Part shown: piece after piece, positions 39,119 through 52,531 of the stretch | How the letters are laid out: each line of letters begins with the position of its first letter | Position numbering within the stretch: position 1 is the stretch's first letter | NCBI RefSeq assembly: GCF_006345805.1 | Contig: NC_042998.1 | Coordinates: 177,010,001-177,074,000 of the forward strand | Length of the DNA stretch: 64,000 bases | Origin: Octopus sinensis | Taxonomy: Eukaryota | Direction: 5' to 3' | The notes under the pieces: model-generated | What the model was told of the DNA's origin: nothing | Databases searched by the model: none | The model's input: the letters and a program-made list of their open reading frames with translations, nothing else | Translations under genes and position numbers: made by a program

Positions 39119-39155
<37 letters not shown>

Positions 39156-39164
39156 ATTATTATT

Positions 39165-39199
<35 letters not shown>

Positions 39200-39200
<1 letters not shown>

Positions 39201-39630
39201 TTCTTTTATTAATCCAAATAATAGAAATCGAAAAGATGTGGTGCCTCAGGACGGTTACAAAACCAGTAATTGTAGGAGCACTTGGAATGGGCAAAAAAGG
39301 AACTGAAAATTATTTGAGAATGATCCCTGGCTAACCATTCATGCAGGAAGTGCAAAAGATTGTCTTAACTGGTACGTCACACGTACTGAGAAGATCATTG
39401 TCGCTGTGAATTTTCTTTCCTTTTCTCCTCTTTATTTTCTTTATTAATATTTTTTAAGTTTTCCTTTTTTTTTTACTATTGTATCTGTCTTTCTTCCCCT
39501 TTTTCTCTATCACATGATTTTATAAATGAAAATCTGGTGTGTTTATTTTAATGGCCTCCCAATGTATACAGTGAATTTCTCTACCCTAGCTGTCTGGAAG
39601 ACAGTCGGCAAGAAATGGAAATAGAACTGA
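39200..39630 (+). mobile_element. R4/Dong-like LINE 3' end with UTR, between (TAA)n and (GAA)n
   Basis: IEIEKMWCLRTVTKPVIVGALG...EVQKIVLTGTSHVLRRSLS*, typical of the restriction-like endonuclease C-terminus. Confidence 0.85.
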
Positions 39631-40784
39631 AAGAAGAAGAAGAAGAAGAAGAAGAAGAAGAAGAAGAAGAAGAAGAAGAAGAAGAAGAAGAAGAAAGAAG
39701 AAGAAGAAGATGACGATGACGATGATGATGATGATGATGATGATGATAATGTCAACAATAAAAAGAGCGCCACCCTTGACAGCGGCTGGACGTGTTCTTC
39801 GCTGCTTTGACCAGTCAGCAGTCGAAGACACAGAAACACTATTACAACCCAGCAGGACAACTGAAAAATAACACTCTAACTCTCAAAGACTGGAATATCT
39901 ACAATTTCTTGTGAGTATTCTAAATTTCCCTCAAAATAAGTTAAGAAACTTACATGCATCTACAGTTTTCAAACACACAAACGATCGGCTTTAAAAACAT
40001 TAATATCTACAATTTTGTGTAAAAATTTTATCTTTTTTTCCTCCCTGACTACCCTAATATGTAAACATGCCTTTTATTGCAATAACACAAATGTGCAATA
40101 AAAAATGATTTTTAAAAAACCCAGAAAAATTAAGGAGGTAAGCACCCGCCTATATATAGAAACTGCACAATTACAAGAACTGCAAACCACAACAAGACTT
40201 ATAAAAAGGAAGAAAAATATAAAAGAAAAAAAGATTCAGAAATTCAAAAATTCAACGAGGTGAACATCAGTATATATACATATGATCATTTTTCTATCAG
40301 TAATTAAAAATAGAACAAGGTGAATTGGTTATTTTCAAGGCCAACGTCAGCGCTCCCATTGATCGCTAGTAGTAGTAAACACATTTGACCTCTGCTGACC
40401 CCAAAGGTGTGAGACCTCTTTTGTTTCCTTATCGCACAGGAATGCCCATTGTTGATCTCTTCACCATCCGCCGAATCTATTCACAGATCTGTGGAATTTA
40501 ATCTATTCACCAAGCTGTTTCTCTTGTTCCTTAAACCCTCACATAATTACGATTATCTCAAGTACAAGACGAAAGTTGAAACTAAACACATCATTGCATA
40601 ATACCTTTTAATAATAAATGGAAATAATAACCATGTTGGTAATAATAGTGATAATAATAATAATGATGATACTACTAATAATCTAGCCAAAACTAATATC
40701 GGATCAGAGGAAATATTAACATTGACAAATAGTAAAAAAATGAAAACAATAATAATAATAATAATAATAACACATATAACATAC

Positions 40785-41050
<266 letters not shown>

Positions 41051-41067
41051 TAATAATTTTAATACTG

Positions 41068-41281
41068 GTTTTGAATTTTGGCACAAGGCTAGCAGTTTCG
41101 GGTTTGGAGCGTAAGTCGATTAGATCGACCCCAGTGCTCAAGTGTTATTCTTTTTATCGATCCCGAACGGAAGAAGGGCAAAGTCGAACTCGGCGGAATC
41201 TGAACTCAGAACGTAGAGAGGGACGAAATACCACTAAGCATTTCACCCGGCATGCTAACGATCCTGCCAGCTCGCCGCCCT
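41068..41281 (-). mobile_element. SINE A2
   Basis: Head GCCAGCTCGCCGCC, body and A2 tail. Confidence 0.85.
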
Positions 41282-41294
41282 AATAATAATAATG

Positions 41295-43326
<2,032 letters not shown>

Positions 43327-43562
43327 TGATAATAATAATAATTTCCTGAATTGATACAAGGTTACATGTTTGCAGAGGTGGGTGTCATCAATTTGAAACG
43401 ACGTTTCATCGACGGTGGAGTGGTGAGAATCAAAGTTGAGTTCGGGATTTGAAGCAAGAAGTCATTTAGTGTGATTCGGTATAATTTCTGCCCACCCCCA
43501 GCCGCCCTTGGTATTTTTTTTGTTTGTTTGTTTCTGTATATCGCTTAAATATATATGTAAAG

Positions 43563-44864
43563 ACATGTCTGGGATGAAATTGCCAATGTTATTGAAAACA
43601 ATCAGAGAATTACTAATTGGTTGGCTGACACTATTACTAGATCGAATCTTGTACTTTTCTGAAATAATTCTTGGCAAGATTTTATTGGAGAATTTCCATT
43701 TATGATGTCTTCTCCGATATCAGCTAAAAATGGATACGTTCTTCGAAGTGAGATGGTGGGGTGGGGGGTTAGATTCATAACCTTTGACCTTAGCAACGTG
43801 TTTAAGAAAATCTGGTCAAAAATTCAGTAAACAATGTTAGAATTTAAGTACCACTTCGTGGAATATTTTGCTTTCTCACCTGACCTCTTCTCGCACCACT
43901 TCTAGATTGTCTTACATGGTATTAAATCTTTCCCATTTTAAAAGCACATTAGGCAGTAGTTTCTTCTTTATTTCTTTATTAATCGCTACTTGACAATCTC
44001 GTGTCGTATTTACACAATTTCTTATACATCTCCAGCTTTCGGTTCCAATATTATTCTGAATGAAAAAACGATCATATTGATTTTTTTTATTCCTCTTTCT
44101 TCTCCTTCTATATTTTGCATGCTCAAAAATAGCCTCTAACCAAATTTTAATCTAGCATCTATAATGGTAACTATTGCTCTGAATGTTATAATGGTAACTG
44201 CTGCACTATTCTTTTATCAAACACTCCAAAAGGTTTTCATTGAATAATGTGACCTATATCACAGGTTAAACGCAAGAAACCAAAATAGTTTTCATGTCGA
44301 CCACATAAATTAAGTGTATTCTTCTTATGCCCCTAAGAAATTATAAGTATTTTACAACAGATTATCTTCTGTAGCCATTTAAACAACACAATTTTGACCT
44401 GAAGCAACAATAGAAACTTTCCATTTGTAACATTCGATCAAGAATTTCGATATGGTTTGACTATTAAATGAAAATGTTAAGTTGTTTGGGTGTGTTTTAT
44501 GATTTTAATGAATTCTAAATACGACTAATGATATTAGCATCGAAGTAAAAGCTCTTTCAAATCAAATTTATGTTGACTTTCAGCATTCAATTTCTTATTG
44601 CAATTATTAAAACAATTAATATATTATAAGCCAAAACGGATTCGAAATGGTACATTTATATTGAATGTAAACAAAGATATTAATTACACTGGTGCTCGTT
44701 TTTTTACTTTGTTTTCTGCTTGGTTTATACGATATGTATTCAATATCCACGTTATTCAATTTTAATAAGTAGAAACGCTATATAATTAAAAGCAACTTCT
44801 CCAGGAATTTGACTATGACCTAACAGTATTTCTTAATATATTTTATCAAATTTGTTTTAAACGA
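43563..44864 (+). pseudogene. Four phase-compatible exon-like segments (43563-43747, 44338-44454, 44584-44649, 44773-44864); putative decayed gene, product unknown
   Basis: AG/GT boundaries, matching phases, three in-frame stops in ~150 joined codons; no homology recognised. Confidence 0.35.
43770..44250 (+). mobile_element. Very old CR1/Jockey-like RT fragment
   Basis: ITFDLSNVFKKIW (cf. ALDISKAFDKVW) and LFLY.IN-like remnants. Confidence 0.45.
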
Positions 44865-45205
44865 GTATTGTAGTATATATATGGGTGGTCGCATTTATTT
44901 ACGACCAAAGAAAGCAATACTTTTAAAACTGAGTTATACATAATTAGTATTGAATAAGTCAAACCAATGCTTGTGGCTTTTTTGAAATAACTTTTCAGTT
45001 CCTAGTTCAATACTTTATGTTAGCTAGTGAAAGGGCGAGGGACGTGCACGTGGACTAGGATCTCAATTGCTGGTATAGTTGATGTACTTGATATGTAGCC
45101 TAAACAGCAGCAAGAAGATAGAATTCCAGGGAGATGCAGTTCTGGTAGTTAAGAATAAGGCATTGAGCTTATTTTTAAGTAATAAGTATAAACGGTAGTT
45201 AAGAA

Positions 45206-45630
45206 TAAGGCGGCGAGCTGGCAGAAACGTTTGCGATATTTCGTCTGTCTGTACGTTCTGAGTTCAAATTCCGCCGAGGTCGACTTTGCCTTTCATCCTT
45301 TCGGGGTCGATAAATTAAGTACCAGTTACGCACTGGGGTCAATGTAATCGACTTAATCCCTTTGTCTGTCCTTGTTTGTCCTCTCTGTGTTTAGCCCCTT
45401 GTGGGCAATAAAGAAATAAGAATAAGGCAGTGAACTGGTAGAATCGTTAAGACGCCGGGCAAAATGTTAAGTACTATGTCGTCTGTCTTCAAATTCTGCC
45501 GAGGTCGTCTTTGACTTTGATCCTTTCGGGATCAATACAATAAGTACCAGTTAAGTACTGGAGTCGATTACATCGGCTTGTTCCCTCCCCGAATTTGATA
45601 GCCTTGTACCAAAATTTGAAATCAATTTAG
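45206..45630 (+). mobile_element. Young SINE A1 (45206-45417) inserted at the head of an older A2 (45422-45630)
   Basis: TAAGAATAAGGC repeated at both junctions. Confidence 0.88.
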
Positions 45631-45649
45631 AATAGGGCTCTTTTAGTGT

Positions 45650-45900
45650 GGGATTTGGGAAGAGATACTATTGAAGGAGTAAAAAGTGGAAGAGAGAGAC
45701 TAAAGTGTTGGGTGAGCTGGGATGGAATGAGTAAGCAGTAAGCTAACGTAGAGAGACAAGAACCATTGTAACAGCGGTACAGAGAAAAGACAGGGAAAAA
45801 TGTGCAATTGTTAGTAAGAGAATCTTGAACCTTCTTTTGGATTTTGTCTCGAATAGTTGTGTATGCAGCAGCAGAACCATTCTAGGTATCACGACTCTAA
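45650..45900 (-). mobile_element. CR1/Jockey-like LINE C-terminal fragment
   Basis: Minus IQKKVQ...FSLYRCYNGSC....VSLPKSHT-like remnant. Confidence 0.5.
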
Positions 45901-46516
45901 TGTGGGCCTTATGTTTTGTAGGGGAGTCAGAAACTGATCGAAGTTAAAATATTTTCTAACCCTAAAAAGACTAATATTTTAGAGGGAAGCAACATTAACT
46001 AAATTATGTATAATTGTGCTGTCGCAGGTGTGGCTGTGTGATAAGAAGCTTGTTTACCCAGAATGCAACACTAGTTGGTCTGGGCTGTTACAGTGAGCAG
46101 ATGTGAGTTTCGGCTCCGCGAATAGAAAAAAAAGAACAAAAAGAAAAATTGTCAATTATGGCTCGCTATAGTGAGCAAAATACTGGGTTCTCATCACCGT
46201 AACGGTGAATTGAGAATTTTTGCTTAAAAATGCTTATTGTAAATTTTAGAGGACGTATCTCGCCAGAAAAATAAGAATAAGCCATTTGGATTACCTTTTT
46301 GGAGTATTATACAAAGGATTCCTAGTCTGTGCTTTTTGTGAGGTGTTTCTTTTATTTTTCCCTTCTTCTATTTTTTCTTTCTTTCTAAATTTTGGTTCAT
46401 TCTTTTCATTACTTTAATTTCAGTTTCCTCCCCTCCTCTTTTATTTTGTTTTATTTTTATTCGGTTTAATTTTTTGGCAGACTGTCTTTTGAACTACTTT
46501 TGAACTGTTTTTTGAC

Positions 46517-47587
46517 ATGGCAGAGAAGGAACTTAAAAAGAAAAACTCTGTCTTAGAGTGGGAAATTAACCCGCCTAAGCAATGGTTAAAAGATATGGAG
46601 GAGAAGACGATGGTACTTAGAACGTATTCTAAAGTTCTTAATTCCATCACCGTCTTCCCAAAACAAGTCATAAAAAATGATTTTAAAGAACATTTGTCCT
46701 CTGTAAAATATATATCCCGTGGTGTCAAACATGCAACCGTATGGTTGCTGTTTGACAACGGGGAAAAGGCTCGCCAGTTTGCGAGTCAGCCTTTAGAAGG
46801 CAAGGAAATTCTGTTTCTCCCGTCATATTGTGGAAGAAAGTTAATACGAGCCTAGGTATATGGGCTCCCCCCGGGCACCGAAGCGGATTGGATTGAAGAT
46901 ACCATCCTACGGGGACTGGGGGATGGCGGGCCCAGGCTCTTAAATGTAAGAGTATTGCCGGCGGTCGATTGGGAAGGGTCAAAAGCGATTTTGACCCTGT
47001 GGACCCCATCGGCCGCAACAGAACTGGTTTTTCCAGACTTCTTGAAAATGACTGGCTGCAGGTATCCGGTGATACTTGAGGGATGTCCCCCAAAGTGTCA
47101 CTCGTGCCTGCAGCCAGGCCACATTAAAAGGAACTGCCCCCAGGACCATGGTAAGTTCTTGGAACAGTCACTAGATGCCACCTCCTCTACCCGGTCAAAG
47201 GGAGAGGTGGATGTGGTCGAGGAGACTTCAGCCTCCTCAACTCAAAAAGGATTAAAAAGGAAGAAGGCGGGCAACAATAGTTGCCCGCCAAAGGAACCTA
47301 AGGCTTCGGAAGGCGGGGGAGAGTCTCCGGACAAAGCGGAAGAGCTCCACTCTCCCGAAGCCAGGAAGAAAAGAAAAAAAAGAAGGAAGAAGAACGGGTC
47401 ATCTCAGCGGGGAGATGATGTGCCGACTGCATGTCCCGAAGTTGTGCCACCCATGGTGGAAGAAACCACTACCACCCTTAAAGATGATCAATTAATTACC
47501 TTTTTCTACAAGGGCGGGGAGGTGGAAAAAATAGTAGAAGAACATAAAGAAACAGTAGATATGCCCTTCACACGGGATCCCGAATAG
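46517..47587 (+). pseudogene. ORF1/Gag-like nucleic-acid-binding protein (RRM-like folds + CCHC knuckle), one in-frame TAG at 46853
   Basis: Track ORFs 46517-46855 and 46955-47587 share one frame; VILEGCPPKCHSCLQPGHIKRNC (knuckle 47096-47137); basic K/R-rich tail. Confidence 0.85.
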
Positions 47588-47691
47588 CCTCCGCAGATAG
47601 CTGTAAAGGTCATAAGGTTTCCCTTGTGGGAAAGGCTTAAAGGATTTGGGGAGGAGTGTCGCATATGGCCGGGTGGCCCTTACACGACTTA

Positions 47692-47922
47692 CCAATTTCT
47701 TTATTACCCACAAGGGGCTAAACACAGAGGGGACAAACAAGGACAGACATAGGTATTAATTCGATTACATCGACCCCAGTGCGTAACTGGTACTTAATTT
47801 ATCGACCCCGAAAGGATGAAAGGCAAAGTCGACCTCGGCGGAATTTGAACTCACAACGTAACGCAGACGAAATACCGCTAAGCATTTCGCCCGGCGTGCT
47901 AACGTTTCTGCCAGCTCGCCGC
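47692..47922 (-). mobile_element. Young SINE A1 inside the ORF1-only element
   Basis: Near-identical to 11402-11636; no TSD seen. Confidence 0.95.
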
Positions 47923-48479
47923 TGAGGCATGGGAAATGGCGGGATACAGGAACTCAAGCGGCATTGAAGATAATGATGAATATATCGATGGATATATCGA
48001 AGAGTAGGAGGTGAAAGACCCTCGTTACAGGGTTTGAAACCTCATCTTATTGGATTATTTTGTAGTGGTTTATAACCTCAATTGTGTGCTTTAAGAAAGA
48101 AAAAAAAAAAGAAAACGTGTTAAGTAAGAGGTTTTAGTGCCTTCTCCTTGTAAGAGGTTTTGAAACCTCATATTGATTAAAAAAAAAAAAGAAAATATGT
48201 TTCCGAGAAAAATCCAATCGGCGGGTGTTGGGTTTCGTCTCTCATTTATTCATTATATTTCATTTTCATTCATTAACGTATTTGTCCAGCCCGCAAAGCT
48301 CTTTGTACTGTCTATATGACAAATTTATGAAATAAAGAAGTTTGTTTCCCAACCATATGGAGAAATATATGCATGGCACCTTGGGTAGGTTTCCTTTGTT
48401 ATAGCCTCGAGCCGACCAAAATGTGAATGGATTTGAAAGACGAAAAACTGAAAGAAGTCCGTCGTATATATATATATAT

Positions 48480-48737
48480 ACACCCGAACAAGCACATAAA
48501 TGTGAAACACAGTGGGAAAAAATAGTACTCAAATACCGGAGGTAGAGTAATATGCTTTATTATTAAAGCTGCAAAACATCACAAAGATATTACAAAGAAA
48601 CTACTACTCAGAGTTTCCCGTTCCCGCTCATAGGGCAGTTCTTGATCACAACTGCTCGATGAACGGGAACACGAAACTCTGAGTAGCAAATATTTGTGAT
48701 ACTTTTGTGATGTTTTTGCAGCTTTAATAATAAAGCA
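48480..48737. mobile_element. Penelope-like pseudo-LTR with inverted partial copy (arms 48553-48640 and 48650-48737)
   Basis: Long imperfect inverted repeat; homologous to 36428-36574. Confidence 0.75.
48602..48688. ncRNA. Two divergently oriented hammerhead motifs (minus 48602-48640; plus 48650-48688)
   Basis: Plus: UGC-UCGAUGA-ACG GGAA CAC-GAAA-CUC U GAG-UA-GCA; minus: CUGC-CCUAUGA-GCG GGAA CGG-GAAA-CUC U GAG-UA-GUAG. Confidence 0.65.
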
Positions 48738-49482
48738 CACACACACGTGTGTGTGTGTTTGTGTCTGTTTCTCACCCTATCACTTGACAACCAGTGCTGG
48801 TGTGTTTGCATCTCCGTAATTTAGCGGTTCGGCGAAAGAGACCGATAGAATATGTACCAGGTTTTAAGAGAAATACTGGGGTCGATTCGTTCGACTAAAA
48901 ATTCTCCTACAAGACGGTGCTCCAGCATGATCGCAGTCAAATGACTGAGACAAATAAACGATTGACGATAAAAGCTAAGATGTAATTGTTCTGGTGATCT
49001 GAGATTATATGACAAGTAATTTTGTGGATTTTAGCTGGGTGTCAGAATTCTTGCATTAGAAAAGTTTTGTAGAACATCTAGCTTCAATTGTTTGCTCCTA
49101 AAATACATCTTTATTAAATTTATTTTGGTATGAAGGAACATTGGTGTGGTTTCCCTTTCCCGACCCTCTTTCCTCTTTAACCATGAAAACCAAAGGTATT
49201 ATTTGGGATGTTTATGCTCAGAATGGATCTGGCGTTCTCGCAAGCCACTACCGAGACTATTTTTCAACTCTCTGCGTTATATATTATTTTTATAACACAA
49301 CACGTCTCTAAGATATTTTGCTTCGGATAAAAATCACAGTATCTGGCCTGTCAACTATGTATATCCCTTAAGCATAATACAGAGATAACTACATAAATGG
49401 CTGTGTAAAGGGAAAACGTCATTAACTTAAAACCATGTTGAGACCTTACATTTCACTTAACCCATCACACAAACATTACTTC

Positions 49483-49869
49483 GGATCTTTTCGGTTTGAA
49501 CGGCAGTTTTTAAAAATAATTTCCACATAACTAAACACTTTTAAACTTCGTATACTGGTAGAACGTGTTTATAAAACATCTTTTTCTCTTGGCTTTATTG
49601 AGAAAATTCTATAGTTTGTAAGATATTTGTTGTTGTTTTTTCTTCAATTTCTGCAATTTCAATCAATCAATGACGTCTATTGAGGTAAAAAAACATTCTG
49701 TGCCGTATGAATATGTCCCTCGTTTAAGAAACAGATTAGGTATATTTACATTTGTGAAGAAAAAAAGATACCCTTCCCCCACCCTTAACCCTAACCCTAA
49801 TCCTAACTAACCCTAACTAACCCTAACTAAACCTACTAGAAAAAACTGCCGTTCAAACCGAAAAGATCC
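49483..49869 (-). mobile_element. hAT-type MITE, inverted relative to 20538, with (CCCTAA)n-like tract
   Basis: TIR GGATCTTTTCGGTTTGAACGGCAG; 8-bp TSD ATTACTTC; telomere-like tract ~49785-49830. Confidence 0.92.
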
Positions 49870-50744
49870 ATTACTTCTTACTTAGACTATTAGAAGCTCA
49901 TCTAGGTCAAAATTATGATAATTTAGTTGTCAGCTCCACCCATTCTTTCAATGGACAATTAATTTCACTCATTCTATTTTGTGACATAAATTTCTCTCCT
50001 AATTCTAGATCCCTGACTTATTTAACTTTATTTGTTTCAATTTATCGTATGTTTTTAATCATTTCCAAAGGTACTGCATTATTTACCTTGAACTGTAATA
50101 TATTATTTCATTTGATCTCTCTTTTTTTTTTTATGTACATTTCAAATATAATTTCTTCAGCATCATTCCACATTTCACGTTCCAAAGAGAATGTTATTGC
50201 TATTAAATCGTTCTCTTTTATTTATATGCATTCTTAAACTGATCTCATTACCTCAGTTTCTAATTACAGTTTACTCTTTCCTTTCTTCTTCTTCTTCTTT
50301 TTTTTTTCCTTTTCTCTTTATTCTCTACTATTCTTATTCTAGAAGAACGAAATTCTTTATAGCATGGTAAATTCTCAAAAGTAACAATTTCAGATTTGTT
50401 CGGCATTCTCTGCAATTTTCTAAAAGACAAGCGAATAGATTTTACTTCATAATTGCTTTGCTTTCGATACCAAGATAATTGATACAAAAAAAGAAAAAAG
50501 AAGCAAAAAGAAAACAAAAAAACGATGAAACATTAAAATAATATCACATTACCAGATTAATTTCTGTTCATTCTTTCTACACCTCATAATAGTTGACACT
50601 TCAAAAGCTTCTCATCAAACGTCCGCGATGGTATACAATATATGTTGACAAGTGAACTTTTAGATTAGCTGTGTGTTTCACATGATCGTAAATTTATTTT
50701 TTTTCCTCCTAAAGTTGGGACCGGTTTTATGTAGTAGTAGTAGT

Positions 50745-50785
<41 letters not shown>

Positions 50786-50845
50786 TAAATACACACCAAT
50801 AAAGTGCATGTGTTTATTTGATTTTATTAAGGAAATATATGAAAA

Positions 50846-51243
50846 CTAGCAGTATCGCCCGGCGTTGCTCGGGTTTGTAAGGGAAATAACTATATAAGCA
50901 TTTTTAGAGATGTAAAGTATAATAGCCATCTTAATATGGCTAACCACAAAGGGGGGGGGGTGTTACTGTAGCTTTTTACGTTCTGAGATTTAATAATAAA
51001 TTTTTAGAGAGTTACTTCCCTTATATATGTCAAAAATGCATTACAAATGGGAAAATTGATGGTAATTTTTTTTTTTAATCGTAGACTCATCGTAGAGGCG
51101 CGCTAATACCCAGAAGGGCTCGATATGAATCACGACTATAAGATACCCGGTTTTGGTTAAACTGCACCGCAAAATGTGGGAGTAGTTAGGAATCTAAATC
51201 GTAGGAGAAAGACAGCACACAACCTCACTTTTATATATAAAGA
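50846..51243 (-). mobile_element. Non-autonomous Helitron
   Basis: Same 3' hairpin+CTAG end as 37647; 5' TC; different interior. Confidence 0.9.
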
Positions 51244-51615
51244 TATATGAAATCAATTTAGGAACGAGTTTAACACAGATCTGCACGGGATAAAACGAAT
51301 GCATCTAATCCGGCTCTCCGCTCCCGCGTTCACTTTTCTTTTCTTTTTTTTATATTTATATTGGTGTTAATATTTTTCCTATAAAGAGGGCAAACTTTCA
51401 GTCGATTGCATTCGCGCCTGAAAACTTAGACAATTCTTTTTATATCAACTCCGAAATATAAATAGCTCAATGTATTCCCAACTTCTCTTCCTAGATAAAA
51501 TTGTTATGTTTATATCTTTCATTGGCCCCTAGTCTTCTTATGAATCAACACAGGACATTGGTTCCTCAGCTGGAGAATCCAAAATTATTTTTCTCACGTA
51601 AACTATCGGAGAATA

Positions 51616-51865
51616 CTGTTTCTTAAACGAGGGACATATTCATACGGCACAGAATGTTTTTTACCTCAATAGACATCATTGATTGGTTGAAATTTCAGAA
51701 ATTGAAGGAAGAAAACAACAAATATCTTACAAACTATAGAAATTTCTCAATAAAGCCAAGAGAAAAAGATGTTTTATAAACACATTCTACCAGTATACGA
51801 AGTTTAAAATTGTTTAGTTACCTAGAAATTATGTTAAAAACTGCCGTTCAAACCGAAAAGATACC
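51616..51865 (+). mobile_element. Right half of the same hAT MITE family
   Basis: Matches ~20706-20958; one TIR only. Confidence 0.85.
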
Positions 51866-52531
51866 CACTCCCTAGGTTCAATTCCTCTTTACAATAAGTC
51901 ATACATATTGACCTGATTAACTGTTATTTTTTTGCCATTCGGGGCAAAAATCACTCGAAAAGAAAATTCGCATTTGTCTCTGAAAAAGCATGAACATCAC
52001 ACAATCCAATTCAGTGTACCTTAATAAATACCCTGACTCAAACAACTTTCACTCTTGACTCTCTGCTGCTAATAAAATATAAAATACAAATATATAATAT
52101 TCTGATGTTGATTATATTTACTCTCCTACCCGCCGGGGAACCTATATATTGTTGCTAGACCGGCTAGAAATAATAGCCAAGTCTATATTAATTCACAGCC
52201 TGCCGTTTTGGAAACGAGCTCTACTTTGATAAAAAAAATAATAAAAAAAAGACGGGACTGTCACGTGTGGTTTGTTTTTCACCCATAGGACTGCTGAATC
52301 CCCACCACCAACAGCAACAGCATAACTATCTGTCTTGCATAAAAGACAATGTTTAACTGACATGTAAATTAATTTTATTCTTTTCGGTTCCGTGTTTAAA
52401 CTCAGCCAAGGATGACATTGCTGTATCACCTCCCCCATTCCCATTAACGAGGCAATGAAATAATTGACGCTAAAATGTTTAAGGTGTCTGACTCAACTAA
52501 AGCAACAGCAACAACTATTATTATTATTATT

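Larger units (their letters stand above)
46061..48334 (+). mobile_element. ORF1-only (Gag/ORF1-like) non-LTR element with ~17-18-bp imperfect TSD
   Basis: TSD AAGAAGCTTGTTTACCCA / AAGAAGTTTGTTTCCCAA; A-rich 3' region; no RT or endonuclease motif seen inside. Confidence 0.75.
46024..48960 (+). mobile_element. SINE B split by two insertions (head 46024-46060; rest 48335-48479 and 48738-48960)
   Basis: Head resumes at AAGAAGTTTGTTTCCCAACCATATGG; tail ends GACTGAGACAAATAAA. Confidence 0.8.

Noticed and set aside
46853-46855. In-frame TAG (and a second at 47585) as an A-to-I recoding site giving Trp read-through
   Set aside because: The aligned residue in the paralogue at ~56040 is Lys (IRIKI versus IRA*V), so AAG/CAG-to-TAG decay is simpler than an editable Trp. 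Cheap to test in RNA-seq but unsupported here.
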